Below, in pieces: positions 8,903 to 18,714 of a stretch of 21,671 nt of DNA. Position numbers and translations under genes: made by a program. Each line of letters begins with the position of its first letter. The stretch's first letter is position 1. Origin of the DNA: Octopus sinensis (Eukaryota); assembly GCF_006345805.1 (NCBI RefSeq), contig NW_021823722.1:1-21671 (forward strand). Reading direction: 5' to 3'. The notes beneath the pieces are model-generated. The model was not told the DNA's origin. It worked only from the letters and a program-made list of their open reading frames with translations, and did not search any database.

Positions 8903-9314
8903 TTTACTCTTTACTCTTTTACTTGTTTCAGTCATTTGACTGTGGCCATGCTGGAGCACCGCCTTTAATCGAGCAACTCAACCCCGGGACTTATTCTTTT
9001 GTAAGCCCAGTACTTATTCTATCGGTCTCTTTTTGCCGAACCGCTAAGTAACAGGGACATAAACACACTAGCATCGGTTGTCAAACAATGCTAGGGACAC
9101 ACACATAGACACACAAACACACACACGCATATATATATATACATATATATGACGGGCTTCTTTCAGTTTCCGTCTACCAAATCCACTCACAAGGCTTTGG
9201 TCGGCCCGAGGCTATAGCAGAAGACACTTGCCCAAGGTGCCATGCAGTGGGACTGAACCCGGAACCATGTGGTTGGTAAACAAGCTACTTACCACACAGC
9301 CACTCCTGCGCCTA
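8903..9314 (-). mobile_element. Full-length tRNA-derived SINE with internal microsatellite
   Basis: The minus strand reads AGGCGCAGGAGTGGCTGTGTGGTAAG...GGTTCAGTCCC (B-box-like)...GGCACCTTGGGCAAGTGTCTT, then (TA)/(TG)n, the 3' domain and a (TAAAGAG)n-like tail. Confidence 0.9.
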
Positions 9315-9469
9315 TGTGTAAAATTTCAGTAAAAAATACCTATTTTTCCAGAAAGTTAGGAGGAAAATGTTGGGTCCTATTAATTTTCTGAAACTCCTTT
9401 CCCCAACCCCTCAGAAAATTTTTTACAAACATTCACTCTACAGGATATAGGCGATTATTTGGTGAAATA

Positions 9470-9562
9470 ATAAGAATAAGTCCTGGGGTCGATTTGCTCG
9501 ACTAAAAGCGGTGCTCCAGCATGGCCACAGTCAAATGACTGAAACAAATAAAAGAGTAAAGA
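9470..9562 (+). mobile_element. SINE 3' tail fragment, inverted relative to 8903-9314
   Basis: AAGAATAAGTCCTGGGGTCGATTTGCTCGACTAAAAGCGGTGCTCCAGCATGGCCACAGTCAAATGACTGAAAC is nearly the reverse complement of 8920-8998. Confidence 0.9.
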
Positions 9563-9639
9563 GAGTATAATAGAGCTATCTATGTATGGACCAAAAGCCC
9601 CCGCAGACACACAGCCTATACGAAGCATCCACAATCTCT

Positions 9640-11771
9640 CCAAATTAAACTTTCATGATGGAGGCTATGGTTATGGTTCCCGCAATGAGGAGGGAACCAG
9701 GCTGCTGGAGTTCTGCGATGCAAATGATCTTATGGTTTGCAACACTAACTTCAGGAAACCTACCAGCCACCTAGTCACCTACTGATCGGGTCGACATACT
9801 AGCCAAATTGACTACATCTTTGCCAGGAAAAGGGAAAGGTGGCTGCTTATAAATGCCAAAACCTTCCCAGGCGAAGAATGTACCCCACAACATAGACTGG
9901 TAGTTAGTGACTTTAGGATCAGGACTAAGAGGACGACCAGAAGACGACCAACATGGAGAAGAAGGATCTGGAAGCTTAAAGATCCTGCTAATGGACAGAG
10001 ATTTAGGGACATATTACTTGAAGCCTTTGACGAAGTAGAAGGGGATATAGCTTCACATGGGGTAGAAGACAACTGGAGGATTCTAAGGGACAACCTGCTG
10101 AGAGCCACTGACCAGATCTGTGGCTGGTGCAAAGTCCCCTCTCGACCTAAAATAACGTGGTGGTGGAACAATGTTGTAGTCAGGGCTATTAGAGAAAAGA
10201 GACAGGCTTGGAAGGACTGGAAAAATGGGGGTAGCAGGGAATTGTATCAGACTGCCAAAAGAGAAGCTAGGAGACAGGTTTATTTAGCCAGAGGGGAAGC
10301 AGATAAGAAAAAATTTGCCAATGTTCTGTGCCATGAGGACCAAAGACTTGAGGTATTTCGTGTTGCAAGACTGTGTGTGAGAGAGAATCGTGATGTGGTA
10401 GGAGAGAAATGGCTTCGCATGTATGATGGTTCACTTGCGCTAAATGAGGATGCAAAGAGAGAGGTTTGGAGACGCCACTATGAAAGGTTGCTGAATAAAG
10501 AAAATGAATGGGATAAAGAGAGTCTGCCGAATGTCGACCCAACAGAGGGACCAGCTATCCGAGTTGACAGTTCCTTGGTAGTTAAGGCAATTAGAAGCAT
10601 GAAGACAGGGAAAGCCTCAGGCCCATCAGGAACTATTGCACAGATGCTCAAAATATCTGGTAGTGTTGGCCTAGTTACCCATATAGTTAACCAGGTGATA
10701 CACGAAGGAGTCATACCCAATGACTGGTGTAGCAGCATAATAGTTAACTGCTACAAAGGTAAAGGGTATGCCCTAGATACAAATAATTACAGAGGTGTCA
10801 AGCTCTTAGATCAGGTAATGAAGGTTACGGAGAGGGTCATAGCCCAACTAATTAGAGAGAGAGTTAGTTTAGATGAGATGCAGTTTGGGTTCGTGCCAGG
10901 GAAAAGCACCACTGATGCCATATTCCTGGTAAGACAGCTGCAGGAGAAATATCTAGCCAAAGATAAGCCCCTGTACCTGGCTTTCGTTGACATGGAGAAA
11001 GCCTTCGACAGGGTCCCTCAATCCCTTATCTGGTGGTCAATGAGGAAACTAGGGATAGATGAATGGTTAGTGAGAGCTGTGCAAGCCATGTACAGGTACG
11101 CTGCGAGTAAGGTGAGGGTTGGCAACGAGTACAGTGAAGAATTCCGGGTAGAGGTAGGGGTCCACCAAAGTTCAGCCCTCAGCCCCCCTCCTATTTATTA
11201 TAGTCCTCCAGGCAATAACGGAGGAATTCAAGACAGGATGCCCCTGGAAGCTCCTCTATGCTGATGACCTTGCTCTAATTGCTGAGTCACTATCAGAACT
11301 GGAGAAGTTTCAGGTGTGGAAGCAAGGATTAGAATCGAAGGGCCTTAGAGTCAACATAGCTAAAACCAAAGTCCTAATAAGTAGGAAGGTAGACAAGTCA
11401 CAAACGCCTTCAGGCAGATGGCCCCTGCTCGGTCTGTAGAAAAGGTGTAGGTAGAAACTCTATAAGATGCACCAAGTGTAAGCTATGGACACATAAGAGG
11501 TGCAGCAACATCAAGAGAAGGCTAACTAGGAAGATAATTTGTGTATGTGGCAGATGCTCAGGAGCAATAAACACTGAAAATGCGCAGAGACCAACTTCTG
11601 CCACAGGGAGAAAAACTAAAAATAGTTGATAGTTTCCGTCACCTAGGTGACCAAGTCAGTAGCGGGGGCGGGTGTGTTGAAAGTGTAACTGCTAGAGTAA
11701 GAATAGCCTGGACAAAGTTCAGAGAGATCTTACCTCTGCTGGGGACAAAAGGCCTCTCGCTCAGAGTAAAA
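9640..11771 (+). mobile_element. RTE-clade LINE: C-terminal half of AP endonuclease, RT, PHD-like finger; truncated at both ends
   Basis: APE motifs GYGSRNEEG, NTNFRK and SQIDY...QHRLV are present, with a stop near 9782. RT motifs KGKG...NYRGVKLL, QFGFVPGKSTTDAIF, AFVDMEKAFDRVP, GVHQ and YADD (11257-11268) follow. There are frameshifts near 11180, 11425 and 11600. Confidence 0.95.
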
Positions 11772-12340
11772 GTCCCCATCCTCACAGCAGACAAAACAAT
11801 GAACAAAATTTTAAGCTCATATAAAATTATAGAAAGCAAAAAGCAACCGAAGTCACTGAAAAAAAATACTAACCAGCGCTAGACTTTACCCACTAACTAC
11901 TGAACCAAAAGTGACAAAATTTGGACGTTCCAACTGTGGAACATGCCCCCACCTTCTGGAGGGTTCAGAATTCCAATTCAAACAAGGAAAAGTATTTAAG
12001 ATCAAATCAAATTTCACCTGTGCCTCGACAAATGTAATCTATGTCATGACATTGCATAGGATGCGGTAAACTCTATATTGGACAAACAGGAATTTCGCTC
12101 CGTCAAAGAATCATCATTCACAAAGAGCAAATCTGCCACCCACAATACAGACAGTTAAAGGTGAGTGAACACATAGAAAGATGTGTCAGGAATCTTAATC
12201 CCAATTTCCAAATATTTCCCTTTTACCAATGCTCACAGAACACCACAATGCAACAAAGGTTGAATAAAGAGTCATTTTTCATCAACAAATTTCTCCCCCA
12301 ACTAAATGTGAACACACAACTCAATACAGAACACCACTAA
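11772..12340 (+). pseudogene. Penelope-like GIY-YIG endonuclease fragment (CCHH type)
   Basis: Reads KQPKSLKK(fs)ILTSARL...NCGTC...FTCASTNVIYVMT(fs)CIGCGKLYIGQTG...RIIIH...VSEH...KESFFINKFLPQLN. The VIY-YIG pair and CxxC...H...H are visible. Confidence 0.88.
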
Positions 12341-12504
12341 CACTTCAATTTAAACCACTAAACCCTATACACTTATCATCAATAATAATGACCTTTTTGA
12401 CTAGTAATACTCTAAATGTATATACTTGTCACTACTTGTCATAAATAGCCTTTTTATATTTACAATATGCATTTTCGTTGATTTTTCATATTTTACCCCT
12501 ATAT

Positions 12505-13513
12505 AAATCCATCGTCGCGTTTACATACTAGTTCAAGAGTCAAAATCAAAATACAAAATATATACTCTATCCATATGGTATATTTATATTTGACATTTTA
12601 AATTTATATTTATATTTGACATTTTAAATTAGCTCACTTCTTTGATTCAAAGAATTATTGTCTTTGAATAAAATGTACAGTTTTTCTAATAGGCAAAGCC
12701 TGCATTTAAAATTATTTCTGTGTGCTCCATGCCTGTATGGTGCCGCTCTGTCCAGAATGCTCCATGTCACGTTGAAAGGTGGGGTTTCCTTTTCTTTTAG
12801 TTCCCAGACATATTTTGCTTGGCTGGTCCTCTTCCTATTCTCTGGGTATTTAAATGAATTTTTATGTGAATAAAATTGTGTTTTAAATGAATTTTCTGAA
12901 GCCCCTGTGTATGTCTTGTATTCCGATGAGCCTTCTATTTGCATCTTGGCTGTATAAACTACTCCTTTCACTAGACATTTCCCTTCTAACGGACAGGAGT
13001 TTTCGTTTTTGTAATTGCATTTCTTAATGGGCTCGGCACCATGTCTAATCTCAATCAGATTCCTATTATGCTGGCTAATGTAAGAGGCAAAATTTCTGCA
13101 ACAAGAATAGCTAACCTTCAGGGTTCTTCTATTAAATATCCTATAGAATTTATGACCCTGCTTAAAATGCTTAGAGACTAATCTCAAAAATTCCTTACCT
13201 ATATTAGTCTTTACGGCCAAATTGAAAGCCGGGTTGAACCACAAAACTTTCCTGGTCCTAGTTCTTCGTGCAGCATTATTACCAGCATTAAGCTGGTTGT
13301 ACTGGATCTTCTCAGAGAATCCACTATTCTTTAATGTGCTATCGTAATATTCAAAGACAATAATTCTTTGAATCAAAGAAGTGAGCTAATGAACTTATGT
13401 AGACACGCAACCAAATTTAAAATGTCAAATATAAATATACCATATGGATAGAGTATATATTTTGTATTTTGATTTTGACTCTTGAACTAGTATGTAAACG
13501 CGAAGATGGATTT
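12505..13513 (-). mobile_element. 5'-truncated Penelope-like element (RT-thumb/linker + GIY-YIG) with an inverted copy of its 3' end at the 5' junction
   Basis: The ORF at 12624-13376 has RKVLWFNP...KHF...KVSYSC, CNY...CPLEGKC, VVY...YTG and CRLCLLEK...LNQRSEL. 12505-12670 and 13348-13513 are reverse complements. Confidence 0.93.
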
Positions 13514-14550
13514 GTTTCGCGCTATGCAGATTTCATTCCGTATAGCAAAGTCTTATATTTCTACATAGACATTAGGAAAAACCTTCGGCTTTGTTTATTT
13601 CATGTTATTGTATTGTATAGGATTACCTTGATTTTTAATTTATAGATGATCCAAAATAGGGTGTTATATTTTATATGTCTTTCGTATATTTTTCATTATT
13701 GCACTCACCTTTTTTTAAAAAGCAATGTTGTCAAAAATTAGAATTTTGATATAAATATGTGTATAGCCATGGATATGTATTTGTAAGCATGTGTATCTGT
13801 GTATGTGTAAGTGAGCGTATGTTTGTGCTTAAGCACACACATACACGACTGTATGTGTATGTATCCATTCGAACTTGTGTATTTGTATACTTGTCTCCAT
13901 ATATGTCAATAACGCGGTTACACAGCTTGTTACATAATTTTTCTTATTTCGTTTTTTTCCCCACCCCTCCTTTTTCTTTTTCCTTCCCGCTTTTCATTCC
14001 TTTTTCTCCCTCTTCCTTCTCGTTTTTTCTCTAACTGATACTGATACAACTTTACGTCCCCCTTACTTAAGCTTTACTCAGTAAATGAGAAATGCTACAT
14101 CGATGATTTTAACTTGCGTGCGAGATAGATTGCGTACATATATGTATGCATGCATTTGTGTGTATATTTTAGATTTATATTTATACGTCTGTATATGTAT
14201 GGCGTTTGCATGCATCCTTCTGTGTATGTTGATATATATATGTACACTTTAATATGAATATGTATTGCAGTGTAATATTTATAATAAGTTTCAATTTCTA
14301 TGCATTAATTATATTTTCTTCATTAACGTCAATATGTATTTTATTCAATGTAAGGTTTTTTCCTCGAATTTTATAATTTTTATAATTTTTTTATATATAT
14401 ATACATATATTTTTGAGCTCTTTTTTTGTTTATCACTCGAAGATTGACCGTTATTTCTAAAGGGCCAATCAAACAAGTCCATTTTTTTAAAGGTGTAGCG
14501 TTTGTAAGAGTCTGGATTGAATTGATATATCGGTTCCATTCTAGCAAAAA

Positions 14551-14588
14551 CTGTCTGATGAACGGCAACGAGAAACTCAGTGTAACAG
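14551..14588 (+). ncRNA. Type I hammerhead ribozyme motif with complete core, probably in a solo pseudo-LTR ending at 14620
   Basis: CTGT-CTGATGA-ACGGCAACGA-GAAAC-TCAGT-GTA-ACAG. Stem I is CTGT/ACAG, stem II is CG-GCAA-CG (GNRA loop), stem III is AC/GT and the triplet is GTA. AATAAA and (TA)n follow. Confidence 0.8.
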
Positions 14589-14620
14589 ATTCTGTTGAAT
14601 TTTCTGCTGCTTTAAATAAA

Positions 14621-14630
14621 GTATATATAT

Positions 14631-14688
<58 letters not shown>

Positions 14689-14715
14689 TATTTATATATA
14701 CATATATAAGCAGAT

Positions 14716-14751
<36 letters not shown>

Positions 14752-14957
14752 CACACATATACATATTTATATATACATATATAAGCAGATATACATACAT
14801 ATATATATATATATATACACATATACATATTTATATATACATATATAAGCAGATATACATACATATATATATATACATACACACACATACATATATGTAT
14901 ACTTGCATTATATATATATACACACACACACACATATATGTATATATATATATATAT
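14621..14957. repeat. (TA)n microsatellite with an internally repeated ~70-bp block
   Basis: TA runs, with CACATATACATATTTATATACATATATAAGCAGATATACATAC recurring three times. Confidence 0.93.
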
Positions 14958-15845
14958 GGTGCTTGTCTACTCCTTATGCAGAGTTTGACCACCTCCTGTA
15001 ACTACACCCTAGCACCATCATGGCATCTAATGTGGCTTTTTAAACCAGACAATGTTCTGAAAAGACACCCACATAGATTACACATATGATTTGGACGACC
15101 AAGAGCTACAGATAAGTTCTGATTTGTGTGGATCTTAAAATGTCTTTTGACGCCTCCGTTAGATTTGCAAACCTTCTGGCATACACTGCATTCAAACATG
15201 TGCACAGGCATATAGGCAGAATAATTGGTGGAAGTTCGTTTTCCATGGGTTCACAAATGAGATTTGAGCCCAGCAAAAGAAAGGCATGGTTTGTCACAAA
15301 CTGTACTCACAAAAAGGTAATTGTCATTCACCTTCTCGATCGTAACATTCTTCCTTAGATCCCTTTTGAGTCTTACATGCGTTATCATGGCCTCTTCAGA
15401 CACTTTCAATTCACTCTACACTTTAGTTTGCCATCCAGCTTGATCTGAAGCAAGGGTTTCTTTGTCTTCTGGATTCATTCCAAGCGACTTCATAGTAGTC
15501 CTTATGCCACCCTTAAACCTCTTTATAGGTTTACGCCAACAGTGTTTCCCCTCTGCAAGCTCACCATAAATTAGCTGCTTCGGCATGCATTCATCCACTA
15601 TTCGAACAATATGGTTCCTCAAAATCATAGCTTTAATTGAGGTGATGTCTGCAGATGCAAGGACATCAGTCTTTGAAGTAAAAGAACTCCATTTAATGTT
15701 TAAAATGCAATGAAGGCATTTTTGGTGGAATTGTTCCAACAATTTAAAATGCCTTTCATAACAAGTCTAATGTTTCACAAGAATACAATAGGGATGGTAA
15801 GACAAATGATTTGTAAAGTGCTAGCTTTGTATTCTTAATTATATG
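14958..15845 (-). mobile_element. RTE (BovB-like) LINE 3' fragment with three C-terminal C2H2 zinc fingers
   Basis: Reads KLALYKSFVLPSLLYSCET(fs)...LEQFHQKCLHCILNIKW...PKQLIYGEL...LASDQAGW. The same frame continues past a TAG into (S)TVC...HL*TH, CSVC...HFKIH and CNLC...HIRCH. Confidence 0.88.
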
Positions 15846-15889
15846 TTACTGGCACCAAATGCATGACTCTATGCCACCAATGTCACTCT

Positions 15890-16365
15890 ATGTCATGAAT
15901 ATTAAGCAGCTTGAGTTGAAGAATTATTTGCGATTACATGGACAATATGTTACTGGAAAAATGGCGGATTTGGTCGAAAGATTAAAAGGTATTAAAATTC
16001 TTTCGATAAAAAATGTCAGTGCATTAAAATCAACAGACAAGAAGTATACTTCAGACCGGAATAAGCAGAAACTTGTATCTCCTCCCAGTGAAGTTTTACC
16101 TGATCCTAATGTGCTGAAATCAGATTGGACTACAGATCTTCATAAATTACTGAATTTTACGGATAATGACATTTACAACTACCTCATACTACGGATGAAG
16201 GCAAAGCAACAGTTAAGGAGTGGCATATTTTACCATGACAGACACATCCACAACATTGACCATCACAACGTTACCGAAAACTACTCTCACTGCATTGTCT
16301 GGTGTTGTGTAATCCTGGCAATGTGCATTTAGCTGATTGCAATTGCACTGCAGGGAAAGAGCCTG
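15890..16365 (+). pseudogene. SAP-domain plus partial SWIM-finger remnant, probably a DNA-transposon accessory ORF
   Basis: QLELKNYLRLHGQYVTGKMADLVERL fits the SAP pattern. LPDP...WTTDL...FTDNDIYNYLI follows. A shifted frame at 16316-16360 gives GNVHLADCNCTAGK, the first half of a SWIM CxC...CxH. Confidence 0.62.
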
Positions 16366-16404
16366 TTTAATTATTTTGACTTTTTTCCCTTGTATAATAA
16401 ATTG

Positions 16405-17254
16405 TATTTTTTATGGATGTAAGTTGGGACCAGTAGTCCAGACGACTGAGGACAAAGGTAATCCATAGCAGAAGCATTGTCTCTCTGTTTCTGGTCTTGA
16501 AGGATCTAAGGATCCAACCTGCCGCCTGCCTGCATAGTATTGCCATCTGAGTAATGTACATATGGAAAGTAGCATCATTGTTCATATGGTTTCCCAGGTC
16601 ATGCACCGATTCTAACTTTGGGATTACATTGCCTGCTGGTCCCATATATTCCAGTTGTAGTTTGTGGGCTGATACCAGAGTGCTTGAAATTTTGAAGCAT
16701 TGAACTGCATATTATTCTCATCTGCCCATGTATATATTGCGTTCTGGTCATTCTGCAGTCTTAGGTTGTCAGTAGGATCCTTGACCATCTGTGATACTTT
16801 TGTATCTTTGTTGTAGCTGCTGAGTGTGGCTGACTCTGTGGATGAGGGCATGTCTGAGAGAGCAACCATAAACCGTAGTGTTCCCAGCACTGTTCCTTGT
16901 GAGACTCCACTGAGGATTGGTGTCACTTCAGAGAGAGCACCATTCGCTGTGACAGCCTGACTTCTGCCCATCAGGAAATCATGCAGCCACTCTCCCAGTC
17001 TACCAGTGATTCTGAGGTCACAGAATCCTATAATCGACTTTGTCAAAGACCTTGGCAAAGTTGAGATATATCACATCCACATTTGAATGGGTGAGCTGTT
17101 GCTTTAGTACTCAGTTGAAGTGCTGTAGCGGCTGTGTTAGGCAGCTCCTTCCAGGACAGAAGCCATGTTGCCTATCTGTAAACAAGTCATATTCTTATAG
17201 GAACATGGGCAGCCTTTTTCTGACAATGTGTTCCAAGATCTTGCTGACATGTGT
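16405..17254 (-). mobile_element. CR1/Jockey-group LINE RT fragment B
   Basis: Reads HVSKILEHIVRK...QHGFCPGRSC...NFAKVFDKVD...SGVSQGTVLG...SYNKDTK (decayed YADD)...MQFNASKF...WILRSFKTR...SRLDY, with stops and frameshifts. Confidence 0.9.
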
Positions 17255-18000
17255 TTTTTATTGGTATTGCAGTTAGTTTTCCATGCTGAGAGCATAGGGC
17301 TTGAAACTTTTCAGCATTAAACTGCATGCTATTCTTCTTAACCCACTTGTATGTTTCAGCTAGCTCACTTTGCAGGAGCATAGGGTCTTCAGGGTTCAGT
17401 ATCATCTGTGAAACTTTTGTATCATCTGCATAATTTGTGATTGTGGCTCTCTGTATGGCTGAGGGCATATCTGAGAGGACAGTAGTGATCCCAAAACAGT
17501 ACCTTGCAGAACACCACCCAATATTTGCGTGTCATTGGAGGTAGCCCCATTGGCCACAACTAATTGACTTCTATCTTTCAGAAAGCCATGCAGCCAATCT
17601 CCTAATTTCCCACCTATGCCAAGATCATGCAGTTTGTGACATCATTCCATGATCAACTTTATCAAAGGCCTTTGCTAAGTTGAAATATATCACATCCACA
17701 TTTGAGTGTTTGAAAAGCTGTTTCAACACCCAGTCATAATGTTGTAAGAGCTGAGTTAGGCAGCTTCTTCCCAGTCGGAAACCATGTTGGATGTTAGTCA
17801 GCAAGTCGTTTTCCTCAAGGAAGGAGATTAGTTTTCTTCTAACAGTTCGTTCCATGACTCTGCTGATGTGCGAAGTCAGAGACATAGGTCTGTAGTTTTT
17901 GGTCCTTGCTCTGCTACCCCATTTATGAATAGAGCATATTTTACCTTCCTTCAGCTTGCTTGGAAGTTAGCCAGTTACAAGGAAGCTCTGGACGAACGAC
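17255..18000 (-). mobile_element. CR1/Jockey-group LINE RT fragment A
   Basis: Reads LPSKLKEGKICSIHK...NYRPMSLTSHISRVME...QHGFRLGRSCLTQLL...NLAKAFDKVDH...QGTVLG...NYADDTK...MQFNAEKF. Confidence 0.92.
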
Positions 18001-18665
18001 TGCGGTGGTCTTACTAGGATTTGCTTACAAAATTTTAGAATGTATATATGCATATATACATATATAATTTCAATGCAGAACAAATAATTCAGGAGAAAAT
18101 ACTTGCAATGATATTATTGACTCTAATATTATCTAGTATAACAATTACAAATGATAGGAACAGAATCAACAATATAGGTGACTGCAGACCCCAAAAGCAT
18201 TGAATAACTGAAGGGTTAAAATTAATCAAAGGACATACTATGCATGTCTACTTGCTGGAAATAACAGTCAAATCCTTATTAAAATCACTGAAAAGAACTG
18301 GTGATAACTACAGAAATCAACCGTCTGCGGGCAAATGGGTTAAAACAATCTCACAACATATATTCAAGTATTTAGACTCATATGGACCAGTTTATACATA
18401 CATACATATACACACACGCACACACACATATAGAGAGAGATATATGAGAGGTATTGGTATCTAGAAGACCCAAAGTGTGGCAGGTAACGCTAAGTAAGTG
18501 CTTTGGACAGACCTTAGTTAAACTCTTGGTTCGATAGTGATACAAGTCAAGAGTCTAATGTGGGTCTTGTATTATCATGCATATATATTTTAGACAAAAT
18601 GAGATAACAAAGCCAAGGCTGTGAGGAGTTTTCAGGTCATTTATATGGAAAAAGATATAGATATA

Positions 18666-18714
18666 GTCTTACAGCTGTTTCTGGGTTATCATGGATATCC
18701 CTTCATCAAAGAGA
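18666..18714 (-). ncRNA. Degenerate hammerhead motif, paralogue of 3815-3862
   Basis: The minus strand reads CTCT-TTGATGA-AGGGATATC-CAT-GATAACCC-A-GAAAC-AGCT-GTA-AGAC. Core C3 is changed to T and stem I has one mismatch. Stem II is better preserved than in copy 1. Confidence 0.68.

Noticed and set aside
11261-11267. CTGATGA heptamer
   Set aside because: It is part of the YADD codons, with no GAAA or stems.
13470-13525. Expected hammerhead in the 12505-13513 pseudo-LTR
   Set aside because: No CTGANGA core is present. Only a CGCGAA/TTCGCG hairpin is visible, and the repeat may be truncated before the motif.
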